DNA of 64,000 nt from Deltaproteobacteria bacterium (GCA_018401435.1 JAGYJW010000007.1:86615-150614), one strand, 5' to 3'. Numbered from the stretch's first letter, positions 18,611 through 28,343 are shown. Translations and numbers: made by a program. Notes: generated from the sequence alone by a model not told the origin.

Positions 18611-19636
18611 ATGCTCTTTGGGTTGAAGGGCGCCCTGGATGACCGGGGGGCCTCGCTGATTCTGCAGACGCCGCGGGCCTTCTGGGTGGTGCGGGGGCTC
18701 GTGCTGGCCCTGCTGGTGCCCCTGCTGCTGATCTTTCTGGTGGGCTTGCTGGCAGGCGTGGACATCCTGGCGGTGGGAGCCGAGGAGCCGGGCGTCTTCA
18801 CCGGCCTGGGGGCGCTGCTCTTCTTTGGGGTGGGTGGACCGAGTTTCCTGGTGGGCGCCTTGCATTTGCTGCGTAGCAGCAGCCGCAGCGCGCAGAGTCG
18901 GGTGGAGATCGACCTGGAGGCCCGCGAGATCCGCCCCACCGGCGGCCCGGCGGTGCCCTTCGACCAGCTGCGGGGGCTGGTGCTGCGCAAACCCAACCCG
19001 CTGCTGAAGTGGGTGGCCATCGAGGCCGACCTGGGCGGCGCAGCGACGGCAGCAGCCGATGACCCCAGTCCCTATCGGGCGCCCCGCGGCGGCGCGTCGC
19101 TGCGGCTGCTGGGCAATCTCAACGAGCTGGAGCTGGGGGGCGCCCGCAAGCTGATGCAGCAGCTGGCCGACCGCATGGGCGTAGAGGCCATGGACCGCAG
19201 CCCCAGCCTGCTGGGTGGCGGCGGCGAATCGGGGGCGGGGGCGGGCCGCATCGGTCATGCCGCCACCTACTTCCCCCTGCAGGGCATCTTCTTCTTTGCC
19301 AGCCTCTTCTTCCTCTTTGCGCGAAAGGACGACCCCGTCGGCCAATTCCATGCGCGGCAGTCCCTCACCCTGCTGGTCTTCGAGATGGTCGCCATCTTCG
19401 GCACGATCATCGTCGCGGTGCCCTTCTTGTTCCTGGGGGAGATCCTGGGCAAGGGCGATGGGGAGCCCCACCCCGTGGGGCTGGGAATCCTGGTGGTGGG
19501 CCTGCTGGGGGTGACGGGGCTGCGCATGATGCTGCGCTTTGTGGCCACCTACAAGGCCTGGCGCGGAAAGTCCTGGCTGATGCCTGGGGTGGGGCGGATC
19601 AGCGCCCGCTGGCTTCCCCCGGCCGATCCCGCTTGA
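18611..19636 (+). CDS. Membrane protein with a C-terminal DUF4870-like domain
   Basis: Two N-terminal TM segments; C-terminal FHARQSL...KAWRGKSWLMPGVG. Confidence 0.6.
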   Translation: MLFGLKGALDDRGASLILQTPRAFWVVRGLVLALLVPLLLIFLVGLLAGVDILAVGAEEPGVFTGLGALLFFGVGGPSFLVGALHLLRSSSRSAQSRVEIDLEAREIRPTGGPAVPFDQLRGLVLRKPNPLLKWVAIEADLGGAATAAADDPSPYRAPRGGASLRLLGNLNELELGGARKLMQQLADRMGVEAMDRSPSLLGGGGESGAGAGRIGHAATYFPLQGIFFFASLFFLFARKDDPVGQFHARQSLTLLVFEMVAIFGTIIVAVPFLFLGEILGKGDGEPHPVGLGILVVGLLGVTGLRMMLRFVATYKAWRGKSWLMPGVGRISARWLPPADPA

Positions 19637-19958
19637 TTGTGCCGAAACGCCCCAGGGCCAACGCAGAGAGGCCCACCAGGGCCAGTCCGCCCAGCTCGCG
19701 CAGCTCTTCGCTGTCGAATCCCAGGGCCAGGGTGGGGCTGTCCAGGCGGGAGGCGATGCGGAGGGCCCAAAGCAGGGCACCCAGGGCCAACATCCCCGAG
19801 ATGGCCGGGCTGCCGCGCCCGAAGAGTGCGGCCGCATAGAGGGCGGCGGTGAGGCCGTATACCGCCATCCACTGCAAGGGGTCTGGATCGTTGAGTTGCA
19901 CCGCGACACAGGCCAGCGCGCTCAGCAGTCCAAGGGTCAAGAGCAGTCGGCGCAGCAC
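19599..19958 (-). CDS. TMEM220-family membrane protein
   Basis: AVQLNDPDPLQWMAVY and EELRELGGL; GTG start at 19958. Confidence 0.7.
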   Translation of the reverse strand: MLRRLLLTLGLLSALACVAVQLNDPDPLQWMAVYGLTAALYAAALFGRGSPAISGMLALGALLWALRIASRLDSPTLALGFDSEELRELGGLALVGLSALALGRFGTIKRDRPGEASGR

Positions 19959-19966
19959 CGCGCCCC

Positions 19967-20773
19967 CTATCGGAAATAGCCGGTGAGCATCAGGCGCAGG
20001 TCGACCCCCGACGACCAGGCGTTGATCATGGGCCGGGTGCCTCGGGTGGCGCCCCAGCCGCCCTCCATGCGAAAGCCCAGGTTGCGCAGGGGGCGCATGC
20101 TGCCGCCCACAGCCACCCGCAGGCCGGGAAAGGGCCCGCCCTGGGCCTGCTCCCAGAAGCCGCTGCGGCCGGTCCACAGGGTCGGGCCGACGGCGCCATC
20201 GAGCGCCCAGAGCCCCAGGGGCTGGTGGTAGACGGCCATCAGGCCCAACAACGGGCCCTTCATCTCCAGTTGGTCCTGGGTGGCCCAGGCGGTGGCCAGG
20301 TCGGCCCGCAGGTTGAAGCGCCAGGCCACCGGAAGCTCGAACTGGGCGGCAAATGCGGGTTTAAGGCCGTTGGGGGGCAGGCCGCGATCACCAGCCATCT
20401 GCAGGCCCACCGACAGGCTGAGCTGGTCCCGGCGCCAGCGGTTGTCGTAGCGCTGGATCTGCTGGCGGGCCAAGGCGCCCACATCGGGGTCGTCCTCGAC
20501 CTGGTGCAGGGCCGACATCGCCGGCTCCCACTCTCGCAGATGGTGCAGGGCCAGTCCCTCGACCAGCTTGGCGCCCGCGTGACCATCGTCGGCCTTCAGG
20601 GTGTCGCGCGCCGCCTGCAAGGCCCCGTCCCAGTCGCCGTCTTCCACGGCGCCGCGGGCGGCGGTCCAGGCCTCGGGACCCGAGGCGGGCAAGGGCAGGG
20701 GAGGGCGCTCCTTGGCCTGGGCCAGGCCACCCAGGAGCAGCAGCACGGGTGCAAAGCGGCGCAGCGGATTCAT
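19967..20773 (-). CDS. TPR plus putative outer-membrane beta-barrel protein
   Basis: Signal peptide, helical TPR-like region, amphipathic beta strands and C-terminal aromatic GYFR. Confidence 0.55.
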   Translation of the reverse strand: MNPLRRFAPVLLLLGGLAQAKERPPLPLPASGPEAWTAARGAVEDGDWDGALQAARDTLKADDGHAGAKLVEGLALHHLREWEPAMSALHQVEDDPDVGALARQQIQRYDNRWRRDQLSLSVGLQMAGDRGLPPNGLKPAFAAQFELPVAWRFNLRADLATAWATQDQLEMKGPLLGLMAVYHQPLGLWALDGAVGPTLWTGRSGFWEQAQGGPFPGLRVAVGGSMRPLRNLGFRMEGGWGATRGTRPMINAWSSGVDLRLMLTGYFR

Positions 20774-21714
20774 TGGCCCCCTCCGCGGCCGTTGCGCAGG
20801 TTGACCTGGAAGACGTGCAGCTCGTCTTCGAGCAGCAGGCCCAGCACCTTGCCTTGGCCACCACCCGCAATCACCCGGCCAGCGGCCGGCGTGTCCACTG
20901 CCACCAAGGGGTCGCCGGTCTCGGCGTCCAGCAGCACGATCTGCCCGCCCACGCCGCCGGAGCTGGACAGGGCGAAGCTGCCGCCGGCGCCCATGTCGCC
21001 GACGGCGTTGATGGCCGTCTGCATCTCGTTGGCCCAGAGCCGCTCGCCGGCGGGGTCATAGGCCTCGATCACCCGGCCGTCGGCCACCACATGGGTGCCG
21101 CTCACGGGGTCGAGGGCGCAGATGGATCCCGGCGTCAGGCGGCTGCTGACCTCGACGCGCCCCACCGTCCAGGTGGCGCCGCCCACGGTCACCAGCAGCT
21201 GGTCCTGGGCGCGGTCGGCCACCACGCAGGGGGAGCCTTGGCAGGCGGCGGCGGGAAGGGCCACGGTGTCGATGTCGTCGGGATAGAGCCAGTCCACGCC
21301 GCAGCCGTCGGTGGGATCGTCGCGCAGCACGGCCAGCCCGGCGTCGGTGATGCCCGCCCCCAGAATGCCGGTGGTGCGCCCATGCACGCGCAGGGGCTCT
21401 GCGACGGAGCTGCCCTCCCAGTCAAAGAAGGCGTCGTCGCCAGCGGCCAGCACCCGGGCCGAAGCACCCGATTCGACGACATCCAGCAGGCGCTCGCGCG
21501 CGCCGGGCAAGGGATCGAAGATCTCGATCACCTCGCCGTCAAAGGAGGTTCTGCGCGTGATCTCGCCCAGGGCGCTCTGGGTGTGCAGGTCGCCGCCATC
21601 TTCTCCCACCGCCAGCCGCGTCCAGGCGCCGCGCAGGGCCAGGGTGTGGGTGATGGCCGCGGCGTCGGCGCAGCCCAGGGCGGGCAGGAGGCTGAGCAGG
21701 AGGAGGGCGCGCAT
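20770..21714 (-). CDS. Hypothetical lipoprotein, beta-propeller-like
   Basis: MRALLLLSLLPALGC lipobox; AYDPAGERLW and LLDAETG PQQ-like repeats. ATGA overlap with the next gene. Confidence 0.55.
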   Translation of the reverse strand: MRALLLLSLLPALGCADAAAITHTLALRGAWTRLAVGEDGGDLHTQSALGEITRRTSFDGEVIEIFDPLPGARERLLDVVESGASARVLAAGDDAFFDWEGSSVAEPLRVHGRTTGILGAGITDAGLAVLRDDPTDGCGVDWLYPDDIDTVALPAAACQGSPCVVADRAQDQLLVTVGGATWTVGRVEVSSRLTPGSICALDPVSGTHVVADGRVIEAYDPAGERLWANEMQTAINAVGDMGAGGSFALSSSGGVGGQIVLLDAETGDPLVAVDTPAAGRVIAGGGQGKVLGLLLEDELHVFQVNLRNGRGGGQ

Positions 21715-21867
21715 GCTCGGGCGGGGCTGGAGGGGGCCGCATCATAGCGCGCGACGTTGCCCGGCGGAGCCTGCCGACGCCTCCGCTTCCGCGCCGAAAC
21801 CTGGGATCGGCCCCCCAAGGGTGGGGTCTTCCCTTCAAGGCGCGGCACCACCGCCCGTAGAGCGTTC

Positions 21868-23365
21868 ATGTCCACCTCCGAACTTCCTCCTGCCCAAGGC
21901 AGCCCCCGCAGCCTGCTCTGGTCCATGGGGCTGGGGCTGCTTCCCCTCCTGGTCTTCCTTGTGTTGTGTGCCGCCCTGAGCGCCGCAACATTGGAGCTGT
22001 TGGAGGGCGAAGTGCAGGCCATGGTGCGCGAGCTTCGTGACGGCGGCCTGACCGCCGAGCGGATCGAGCAATTCGGCACCGGCCTTCGCAGGTCCTGGCT
22101 GGGCCTGTTTGCTGCGCTGCTGGTCATGACCGCGGCGACCGGGCTCCTGGTGCGGGCAGGTTACCGCCAGGTCAAGGGCCGGCTGCGCGCGGTGGACGCC
22201 TATATCGCGGGCCGGGTGCGGAACGAAGACCCCGTCGCCCTTCCCGGTGGCCGGGGTTGCGCCTTGGGCGAGCTGGAGGAGCGGGTCATGCGCGCGGCCG
22301 CGGATATGCGCGCCCACGAGTTCGAGATCGCTCGGAAGGGCGAAGCGCAGCGCTTCGAGGCCGCCTTGCAGCGGGCCCTGGAGCTGGTGGACGACGAGGG
22401 GGAGATCATCGAGGTTGCGCGGCTGGCGCTGGAGATCGCGACTGGGCCCTCGGATGGAGAGCTCCTGTTGGCTGACTCGAGCCAGGCCAACCTCAGGCGG
22501 GTCATCGCCACGGACAACCACTCCGGGGGATGCCCTGTGCGCTCTCCGAAGGCCTGCGCTGCGGTGCGGCGCGGCCAGACGCTGACCTTCCACTCCAGCG
22601 AGGATCTCGACGCCTGCCCCCGCTTGCGGGAGCATCCCCAGGGGCCCTGCGCCGCAGTCTGTACGCCGGTCTCGGTGATGGGGCGCACCATCGGCGTCAT
22701 CCATGTAACCAGCCCCGTGGGCGCGCCCTTGCGCCGCGAAGCCGCCGATGGCATCGAGACGGTGGCCACCCAGGTGGGGGCGCGGCTGGGCATGGTGCGC
22801 ACCCTGGCGGCCAGCGATGTGGCGGCCAGCACCGATCCCCTGACCGGCTTGCTGAATCGGCGCAGCTTCGAGGCCGAGGCGTCGGGAATCCTGGGGGATG
22901 GTCGCAGCCACTGCATCGTGATCGCCGATCTCGACCACTTCAAGCGCCTCAACGACAGCTTCGGCCATTCGGCCGGTGACCGGGCGCTCTGCCTCTTTGC
23001 CCGGGTGCTCAAGGACCATGTGCGGGGCAACGACCGGGTCGGCCGCTACGGTGGGGAGGAGTTCGTGATCCTGCTCTACGACTGCAAGCTGGAGCAGGCC
23101 AAGGGGGCGCTGGAGCGCTTGCGGACGACGCTGATGGCCGAGATCGGCACTGCAGGGGTGCCGCCCTTCACCTTCAGCATGGGCCTGGCCCGCGCCGGCG
23201 TCGATGGCACCGAGCTGGCGGGGCTGATCGAGGTGGCCGACGGGGCCCTCTACGAGGCGAAGTCCAGGGGGCGCGACCGGGTGGTGGTGGCGGGCAGCGG
23301 CGAGGATCGGGAGCTGGTGGGTCCCCCGCCTGGTCGAGGGCGCCGCCGAGGCGTCGGTGGCCTGA
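21868..23365 (+). CDS. Membrane-anchored GAF-GGDEF diguanylate cyclase (reads in frame into amnB as sequenced)
   Basis: Two TM segments, GAF-like region, TDPLTGLLNRR, DLDHFKRLNDSFGH, RYGGEEF, ADGALYEAK. The probable true stop TGA at 23363-23365 is in a shifted frame. Confidence 0.85.
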
Positions 23366-23448
23366 CCCTGGGGGCGGCGGTCGGTCCGTCGGAAGGCCAC
23401 TGTCAGCGCCAGGCGCCACGTTATGGGGCCTCCTTCCGCGGAGGCCCC

Positions 23449-24360
23449 ATGTCCCTGCCCGCCGGCTCTGGCCGCATCGTCGCGGGGGTGCTCGCGCCCC
23501 ACCCGCCCCACCTCGTCTATGCCGAGAACCCGCCCCAGAACGAGCCTCGGGCCGAGTGCGGCTGGGAGGAGCTGCGATGGGGCTACGAGCGCCTGCGCCG
23601 CAGCCTCGCCCGCACCGACCATGACGTGTTGATCGTGCATTCGCCCCACTGGAAGACCCGGCAGGGCCACCACGTGCTGGCGCGGCCGGCCTTCTCCAGC
23701 CTCAGCGTGGACCCGGTCTTCCCAAACCTCTTCCGCTACCACTACGATCTGCGCGTGGACGTCGATCTGGCGCATCTTATCATTGAGGAGGGCCGGGGCG
23801 AGGGCCTGGTGATGAAGGCCATGGAGAACCCCGACTTCCGGGTGGACTATGGCACCATCACCTCCTGCCACCTGGTGAACCCCAGCTGGGACCGCCCCAT
23901 CGTGGGCATCTCCAGCAACCGCGCCTACTACGACTTCAGCAACGAGGTGGGCGACGAGATGATGCTGGCCCTGGGCCGGGCCACGCGGCGTGCGGTGGAG
24001 CGCTCGGGCAAGCGGGCGGTGCTGCTGGCCAGCAACTCCCTGTCGCATCGGCACTTTACTGAAGAGTCGGCCATCCCCGAAGACATGACCCACGAGCACA
24101 TCTACCACCATGGGCAATACCTCTGGGATATGCACGCCCTCAAGCTGATGCGGGAGGGCCGCACCCGGCAGCTGGTGGACGAGATGCCCGACTTCATCGA
24201 GCAGGCCGTCTCGGAATGCAAGGAGGGCAGCCTCACCTGGTTGATGGGGGCCCTGGACTTCCCCGACTATCCGGCCGAGGTGCACGCCTATGGAACGGTC
24301 ATCGGGACGGGCAACGCCGTCGTCGAGTGGGACCCGCGCCGGGCCGGAGGTGCCGCATGA
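23449..24360 (+). CDS. amnB: 2-aminophenol 1,6-dioxygenase beta (catalytic) subunit
   Basis: LAPHPPHLVYAENPPQNEPR, HSPHW, SVDPVFPNLFRY, FRVDYGT, LLASNSLSH and YGTVIGTGNAV closely match AmnB/CnbCb. GGAGG RBS before ATG 23449. Confidence 0.9.
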   Translation: MSLPAGSGRIVAGVLAPHPPHLVYAENPPQNEPRAECGWEELRWGYERLRRSLARTDHDVLIVHSPHWKTRQGHHVLARPAFSSLSVDPVFPNLFRYHYDLRVDVDLAHLIIEEGRGEGLVMKAMENPDFRVDYGTITSCHLVNPSWDRPIVGISSNRAYYDFSNEVGDEMMLALGRATRRAVERSGKRAVLLASNSLSHRHFTEESAIPEDMTHEHIYHHGQYLWDMHALKLMREGRTRQLVDEMPDFIEQAVSECKEGSLTWLMGALDFPDYPAEVHAYGTVIGTGNAVVEWDPRRAGGAA

Positions 24361-25769
24361 GCCCCGCCTGGACCGATGCGGATCTGGTGATGGGCCTGGT
24401 GGTGCCCGGCATGCCCCAGCCCCTGCTGGCCCCCGACGGAAACCCCGCCTGGGCGGCCTTGCGGGGGGCCTATGAGGCTGCGGCGGCGCGCATCGCCGCC
24501 AGCGAGGCCGACCTGCTGGTGCTCTACAGCACGGGCTGGCCCAGCGTGATCGGCCACCAGATCCAGGCCATGCCTCGGCCCCGCTGGGTGCATGTGGACC
24601 CCGAGTGGCACGACCTGGGGCCGATCCCCTACGACTTCGCCATCGACGCGGCCTTTGCTGGGGCCTGGCGCGACGCGGCCGAGTCCCGCGGCCTGCACGC
24701 CCGCACGGTGGCCTATGAGGGCTTTCCCATCGATACCGGCTCGATCGTCGCCTTGAAGCTGCTCAATCCGCAGAATCGCATCCCGGCGGTCATCGTGTCC
24801 TGCAATATATACGCGGACCGCGCCGAGACGCTGGTGCTGGGAAAGGCCGCCCGGGACGCGGTGGCCGCGGGCGGGCGCAAGGTGGTGGCTGTCGCGGTGA
24901 CCCAGCTCACCGACCGCGTGCACACCCGCCCGGTGGCCGATGCCGACGACCACCTGTCCTCTCTGCAAGATGACGAGTGGAACCGCAAGCTGCTGGAGAT
25001 CCTGGGGGAGGGGCGCCTGGAGGATGTCAGCCAGCTGGCGCGCACCTTCACGCACCAGGCCCACGCCGACAGCCGCCTGAAGGCGATCTGGTGGCTGGGC
25101 GCCCTGATGGGCCAGCACAACCGCTACCGGGGCGAGGTGCTGGCCTATGGCCCGGTGCAGGGCACCGGCTGCGCGGTGGTGGCGCTGACGCCGTCGGCGG
25201 TGGAGGCCGCAGGTCACGAATTCGACGAGGAGGATGTGGAGAGCTTCGCCGGCGACCGCAGCGTGCTGGGCGCCGAGGTCGAAGCAGCCGGGGCTCCACC
25301 CCCGCCGGCCGTCCCCCCGCCGGTGGCCCCGGCCCGGCCCCGCAGCGGGGCGGTCTCCACCGACGCTGCTCCTTCGCCGGTGGGGGCCTACCCCCATGCC
25401 CGGCGGGTGGGGGATCTGCTCTACCTGTCTGGGGTGGGGCCGCGTCAGCCGGTGACCAATGCCATCCCCGGCGGGCCCATCCGCGACGCCAGCGGCGCCC
25501 CCCTGGACTATGACATCGAAGCCCAGACGCGGGCGGTCATCGACAATGTGCGCGTGATCCTCGAAGCCGCGGGCTCCTCTCTGGACCGGGTGCTGGACAT
25601 CACGGCCTTCCTGGTGGATATGGACCGGGACTTTGCCGGCTACAACAAGGTCTACGCCGAGGCATTCGCGTCGGTGGGGGCCACGCGCACCACCCTGGCC
25701 GTGCGCGCCTTGCCCACCCCCATCGCGGTGGAGTTCAAGGTCATCGCCGCCGCAGGGGAGGGCCCTTGA
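24357..25769 (+). CDS. amnA: 2-aminophenol 1,6-dioxygenase alpha subunit fused to a RidA-family (2-aminomuconate deaminase-like) domain
   Basis: N-terminal VPG.P.P, YSTGW, VHVDPEW, YEGFPIDTG, DDEWNR, YGPVQGTG (AmnA). Acidic/Pro linker. C-terminal PVGAYPHARRVGDLLYLSG...RTT...LPTPIAVEFKVIA (RidA). Confidence 0.85.
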   Translation: MSPAWTDADLVMGLVVPGMPQPLLAPDGNPAWAALRGAYEAAAARIAASEADLLVLYSTGWPSVIGHQIQAMPRPRWVHVDPEWHDLGPIPYDFAIDAAFAGAWRDAAESRGLHARTVAYEGFPIDTGSIVALKLLNPQNRIPAVIVSCNIYADRAETLVLGKAARDAVAAGGRKVVAVAVTQLTDRVHTRPVADADDHLSSLQDDEWNRKLLEILGEGRLEDVSQLARTFTHQAHADSRLKAIWWLGALMGQHNRYRGEVLAYGPVQGTGCAVVALTPSAVEAAGHEFDEEDVESFAGDRSVLGAEVEAAGAPPPPAVPPPVAPARPRSGAVSTDAAPSPVGAYPHARRVGDLLYLSGVGPRQPVTNAIPGGPIRDASGAPLDYDIEAQTRAVIDNVRVILEAAGSSLDRVLDITAFLVDMDRDFAGYNKVYAEAFASVGATRTTLAVRALPTPIAVEFKVIAAAGEGP

Positions 25770-26416
25770 CCCATGGTATATCGCCCGGAATATTGATCGA
25801 TATTTCGCCGGTATTGTCGCCGCGCATCGCGGTCTGGCCCGGGGATACTGCTTTCTCGCAGCGCTACCTCTGCCGGATGGACCAGGGCGCCAACCTCGAC
25901 CTGTCCACCATCGAGAGCACGGTGCACCTGGGCGCCCACGCCGATGCCCCCTCCCACTACCGGGCGGGGGCCCCGGGCATCGCCGCGCGGTCCCTGGACC
26001 TCTACTATGGGGACTGCGAGGTCATCCTGGTCGAGGTGCCCCGCGGCGGACGCGTGATGCCCGCGCACCTGCCGGGGCCGGTCTCGGCCCCCCGGGTGCT
26101 GCTGCGCACCGGCAGCTACCCCGACCCCGACCGCTTCAACACCGACTTTGTGGCCCTCTCGCCCGAGCTGATCCGCCACCTGGCGGCCCAGGGGGTCTGC
26201 CTGGTGGGCATCGACACCCCCAGCATCGACCCCTTCTCCAGCAAGGCCCTGGAGTCCCACCAGGCGGTGGCAGAGGCCGACATGGCGATCCTGGAGGGCC
26301 TGGTGCTGGACCTTGTGGCGCCAGGGGCCTACACCCTCATCGCCTTGCCCCTCAAGATCGAGGGGGCGGACGCCAGCCCGGTGCGGGCGGCCTTGCTGCC
26401 ACGGGGACGGTCATGA
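25766..26416 (+). CDS. kynB: Kynurenine formamidase (cyclase family)
   Basis: DISP, VWPGDT, HLGAHADAPSH metal motif, RVLLRT, GIDTPSID, ILEGL, ADASPVRA. TTG start overlaps the upstream TGA. Confidence 0.85.
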   Translation: MTHGISPGILIDISPVLSPRIAVWPGDTAFSQRYLCRMDQGANLDLSTIESTVHLGAHADAPSHYRAGAPGIAARSLDLYYGDCEVILVEVPRGGRVMPAHLPGPVSAPRVLLRTGSYPDPDRFNTDFVALSPELIRHLAAQGVCLVGIDTPSIDPFSSKALESHQAVAEADMAILEGLVLDLVAPGAYTLIALPLKIEGADASPVRAALLPRGRS

Positions 26417-27243
26417 TCGTGGTCACCGGAACCAAGCGCTCGGGCACGTCGATGTGGATGCAGGTGCTGCAAGCCGGCGGCATCACGGTGCTGGGGGAGG
26501 CCTTTCCGCGGGTCTGGGAGCAGTCCATCAAGGAGGCCAACCCCCGGGGCTTCTTCGAGAGCCGTCTGCGCAACGGCATCTATTACCGCACCAACCCCGA
26601 CCCCAAGACGGGCGCCTACCTGCCGCCGGGGCCCACCCGCAAGCACGCCGCCAAGGTCTTCATCCCCGGATTGATCCGCTCCGATGTGGCCTATCTGCAT
26701 CGGGTGGTGGCCTCGGTGCGCAATTGGCGCAGCTACTGCGCGTCCTTGGGCCGGCTCTACGCCATGGAAGACAGCTGGCTGGCCGAGCGGGGCGAAGATC
26801 CCGAGACGGGCGAGAGCCGCCTGGAGCAGGCCCGGCGCCAGCGGGTGCGGGTGCCCCCGGCCGTGGAGTGGTGGTTCGAGAACTACGATCTGGTGCGGGA
26901 TGTCGCCACGCGTCGCTACCCATTCCACATCCACAGCTATGAGGCGGTGTTGGCGGATCCGGCGCGTCACATCGACGCCATCTTTGCCTGGCTGGGGGAG
27001 GGGGACGCCAAGGCCGCGGTGGCCGCGGTCGCGCCCGAGCTGCGCACCCAGCCCGAGAGCTGCGACGCGCCCGCAGAAGGCGCCGATCTCGACCCCGACT
27101 TCTTGCGGGTCTTTGATGACTACTATGCGGCGGTACACGAGAAGGGCGTGCTGCCGGCGGCCCTGGTCAATGACATGAATGCCGTGCAGAAACGCATGGT
27201 GGAGCGCTTCGACCCCTTGCCCCCCGAGCGCCTGGTGCGCTGA
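26413..27243 (+). CDS. Sulfotransferase-like P-loop protein
   Basis: MIVVTGTKRSGTSMWMQVL (5'-PSB-like), NPRGFFE, YEAVLADP. ATGA overlap with kynB. Confidence 0.65.
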   Translation: MIVVTGTKRSGTSMWMQVLQAGGITVLGEAFPRVWEQSIKEANPRGFFESRLRNGIYYRTNPDPKTGAYLPPGPTRKHAAKVFIPGLIRSDVAYLHRVVASVRNWRSYCASLGRLYAMEDSWLAERGEDPETGESRLEQARRQRVRVPPAVEWWFENYDLVRDVATRRYPFHIHSYEAVLADPARHIDAIFAWLGEGDAKAAVAAVAPELRTQPESCDAPAEGADLDPDFLRVFDDYYAAVHEKGVLPAALVNDMNAVQKRMVERFDPLPPERLVR

Positions 27244-27254
27244 GGCTGCCGGCA

Positions 27255-27704
27255 TCAGTCCCGCTCAAAGAGCAGGTCGATGCCGTCCTCGTCCTCGCAG
27301 TCCAGCTCGTCTTCTTCCAGATCGCAGGTCAGGCGCAGATCCAGGTCGTCGATGTCGATCTCGAAGACCTTGCGGTCCTCGGTGTCCACCTCGATGTCCA
27401 CCTGGTAGGTCTCGCTGTTGCGGCCATCGGCATAGCCATAGGCGCTGCAGCCCCGGTAGTCGTAGAAGTAGCCATAGGTGAGCTCGCCGCCGTAGCTCTT
27501 GCCGTCCGGGTCGCCGACCTCCAGCGTGAGCACGGTGCCATAGGTGACGGTGCAGCCGGGACCATAGCTATAGGTGTAGCTGGTGGGTTCGCCGTCGATC
27601 TCGACGGCCTGCCAGTCCCCCAGGATGCCGGGGCTGCAGGCAGCGGCCGTGAGGCTGAGGCTGAGGGCCTGCAGGCTGGGAATTGTGAAGTTGCGGCGAG
27701 TCAT
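27255..27704 (-). CDS. Hypothetical lipoprotein (beta-rich, Tyr/Gly/Cys)
   Basis: LSLTAAAC lipobox, ILGDW motif; similar to the upstream gene. Confidence 0.6.
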   Translation of the reverse strand: MTRRNFTIPSLQALSLSLTAAACSPGILGDWQAVEIDGEPTSYTYSYGPGCTVTYGTVLTLEVGDPDGKSYGGELTYGYFYDYRGCSAYGYADGRNSETYQVDIEVDTEDRKVFEIDIDDLDLRLTCDLEEDELDCEDEDGIDLLFERD

Positions 27705-27764
27705 CGGGCGGGGCGCTCCCGGGGCGGCGCGCCATAGCCGGGACGGCCCTGCATGGCACCCTGG

Positions 27765-28343
27765 TCAGCGCTCCCAGTGGTAGGCGTAGCCATAGAGGTC
27801 GCAGTCGATGGCCGCATAGGTCTCGTCCATCTCGCACTGCCAGTCGATGCCGAAGGTGGGTGTGACGATCTCGTAGCTGCGCGACGCGACCCGCACGCCG
27901 GTGGCGTCGGACCAGGTGCCATAGCCATAGCCATAGCCATAGTCGTAGCCGCAGCCGTCGCCCTCGGCGGTGTAGGTGTAGCCGGCGTAGAGGGTGCCGT
28001 AGAAGCGGTCGCCGTTCTGGTCGGTGAAGTCGAATTCGGCCAGCAGGCCCGAGGTATAGGTGCAGTCGCCGACGGTGTAGCTGCTGTAGACCGGCCGCCC
28101 ATCGACGGTGGTGAGCCGCCAGACGCCGATCAGGCTGTCCGCGCCGGTCGGGTCGCCGCCGCCGTCGTCGCCGCTGCCGCCGCCATCGTCGCTGCCGTCC
28201 ACGGTGCCGCCCCCGGTGGGGCCGCCGTTGGTGTAGAGCGGCACATCGGAGTAGTCGTCGTCATCCTCGGCCTTGGGGCCGCAGGACGTGCTTCCGCCCA
28301 GGCTGAGGGCGAGGGCGGGGATGCCGTAGCTGCGCTTCCACAT
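27765..28343 (-). CDS. Hypothetical lipoprotein (paralog of 27255-27704) with a YG repeat
   Basis: Signal ending STSC, Gly/Asp linker, LIGVW, YGYGYGYG from (GCCATA)x4 at 27918-27941. Confidence 0.6.
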   Translation of the reverse strand: MWKRSYGIPALALSLGGSTSCGPKAEDDDDYSDVPLYTNGGPTGGGTVDGSDDGGGSGDDGGGDPTGADSLIGVWRLTTVDGRPVYSSYTVGDCTYTSGLLAEFDFTDQNGDRFYGTLYAGYTYTAEGDGCGYDYGYGYGYGTWSDATGVRVASRSYEIVTPTFGIDWQCEMDETYAAIDCDLYGYAYHWER

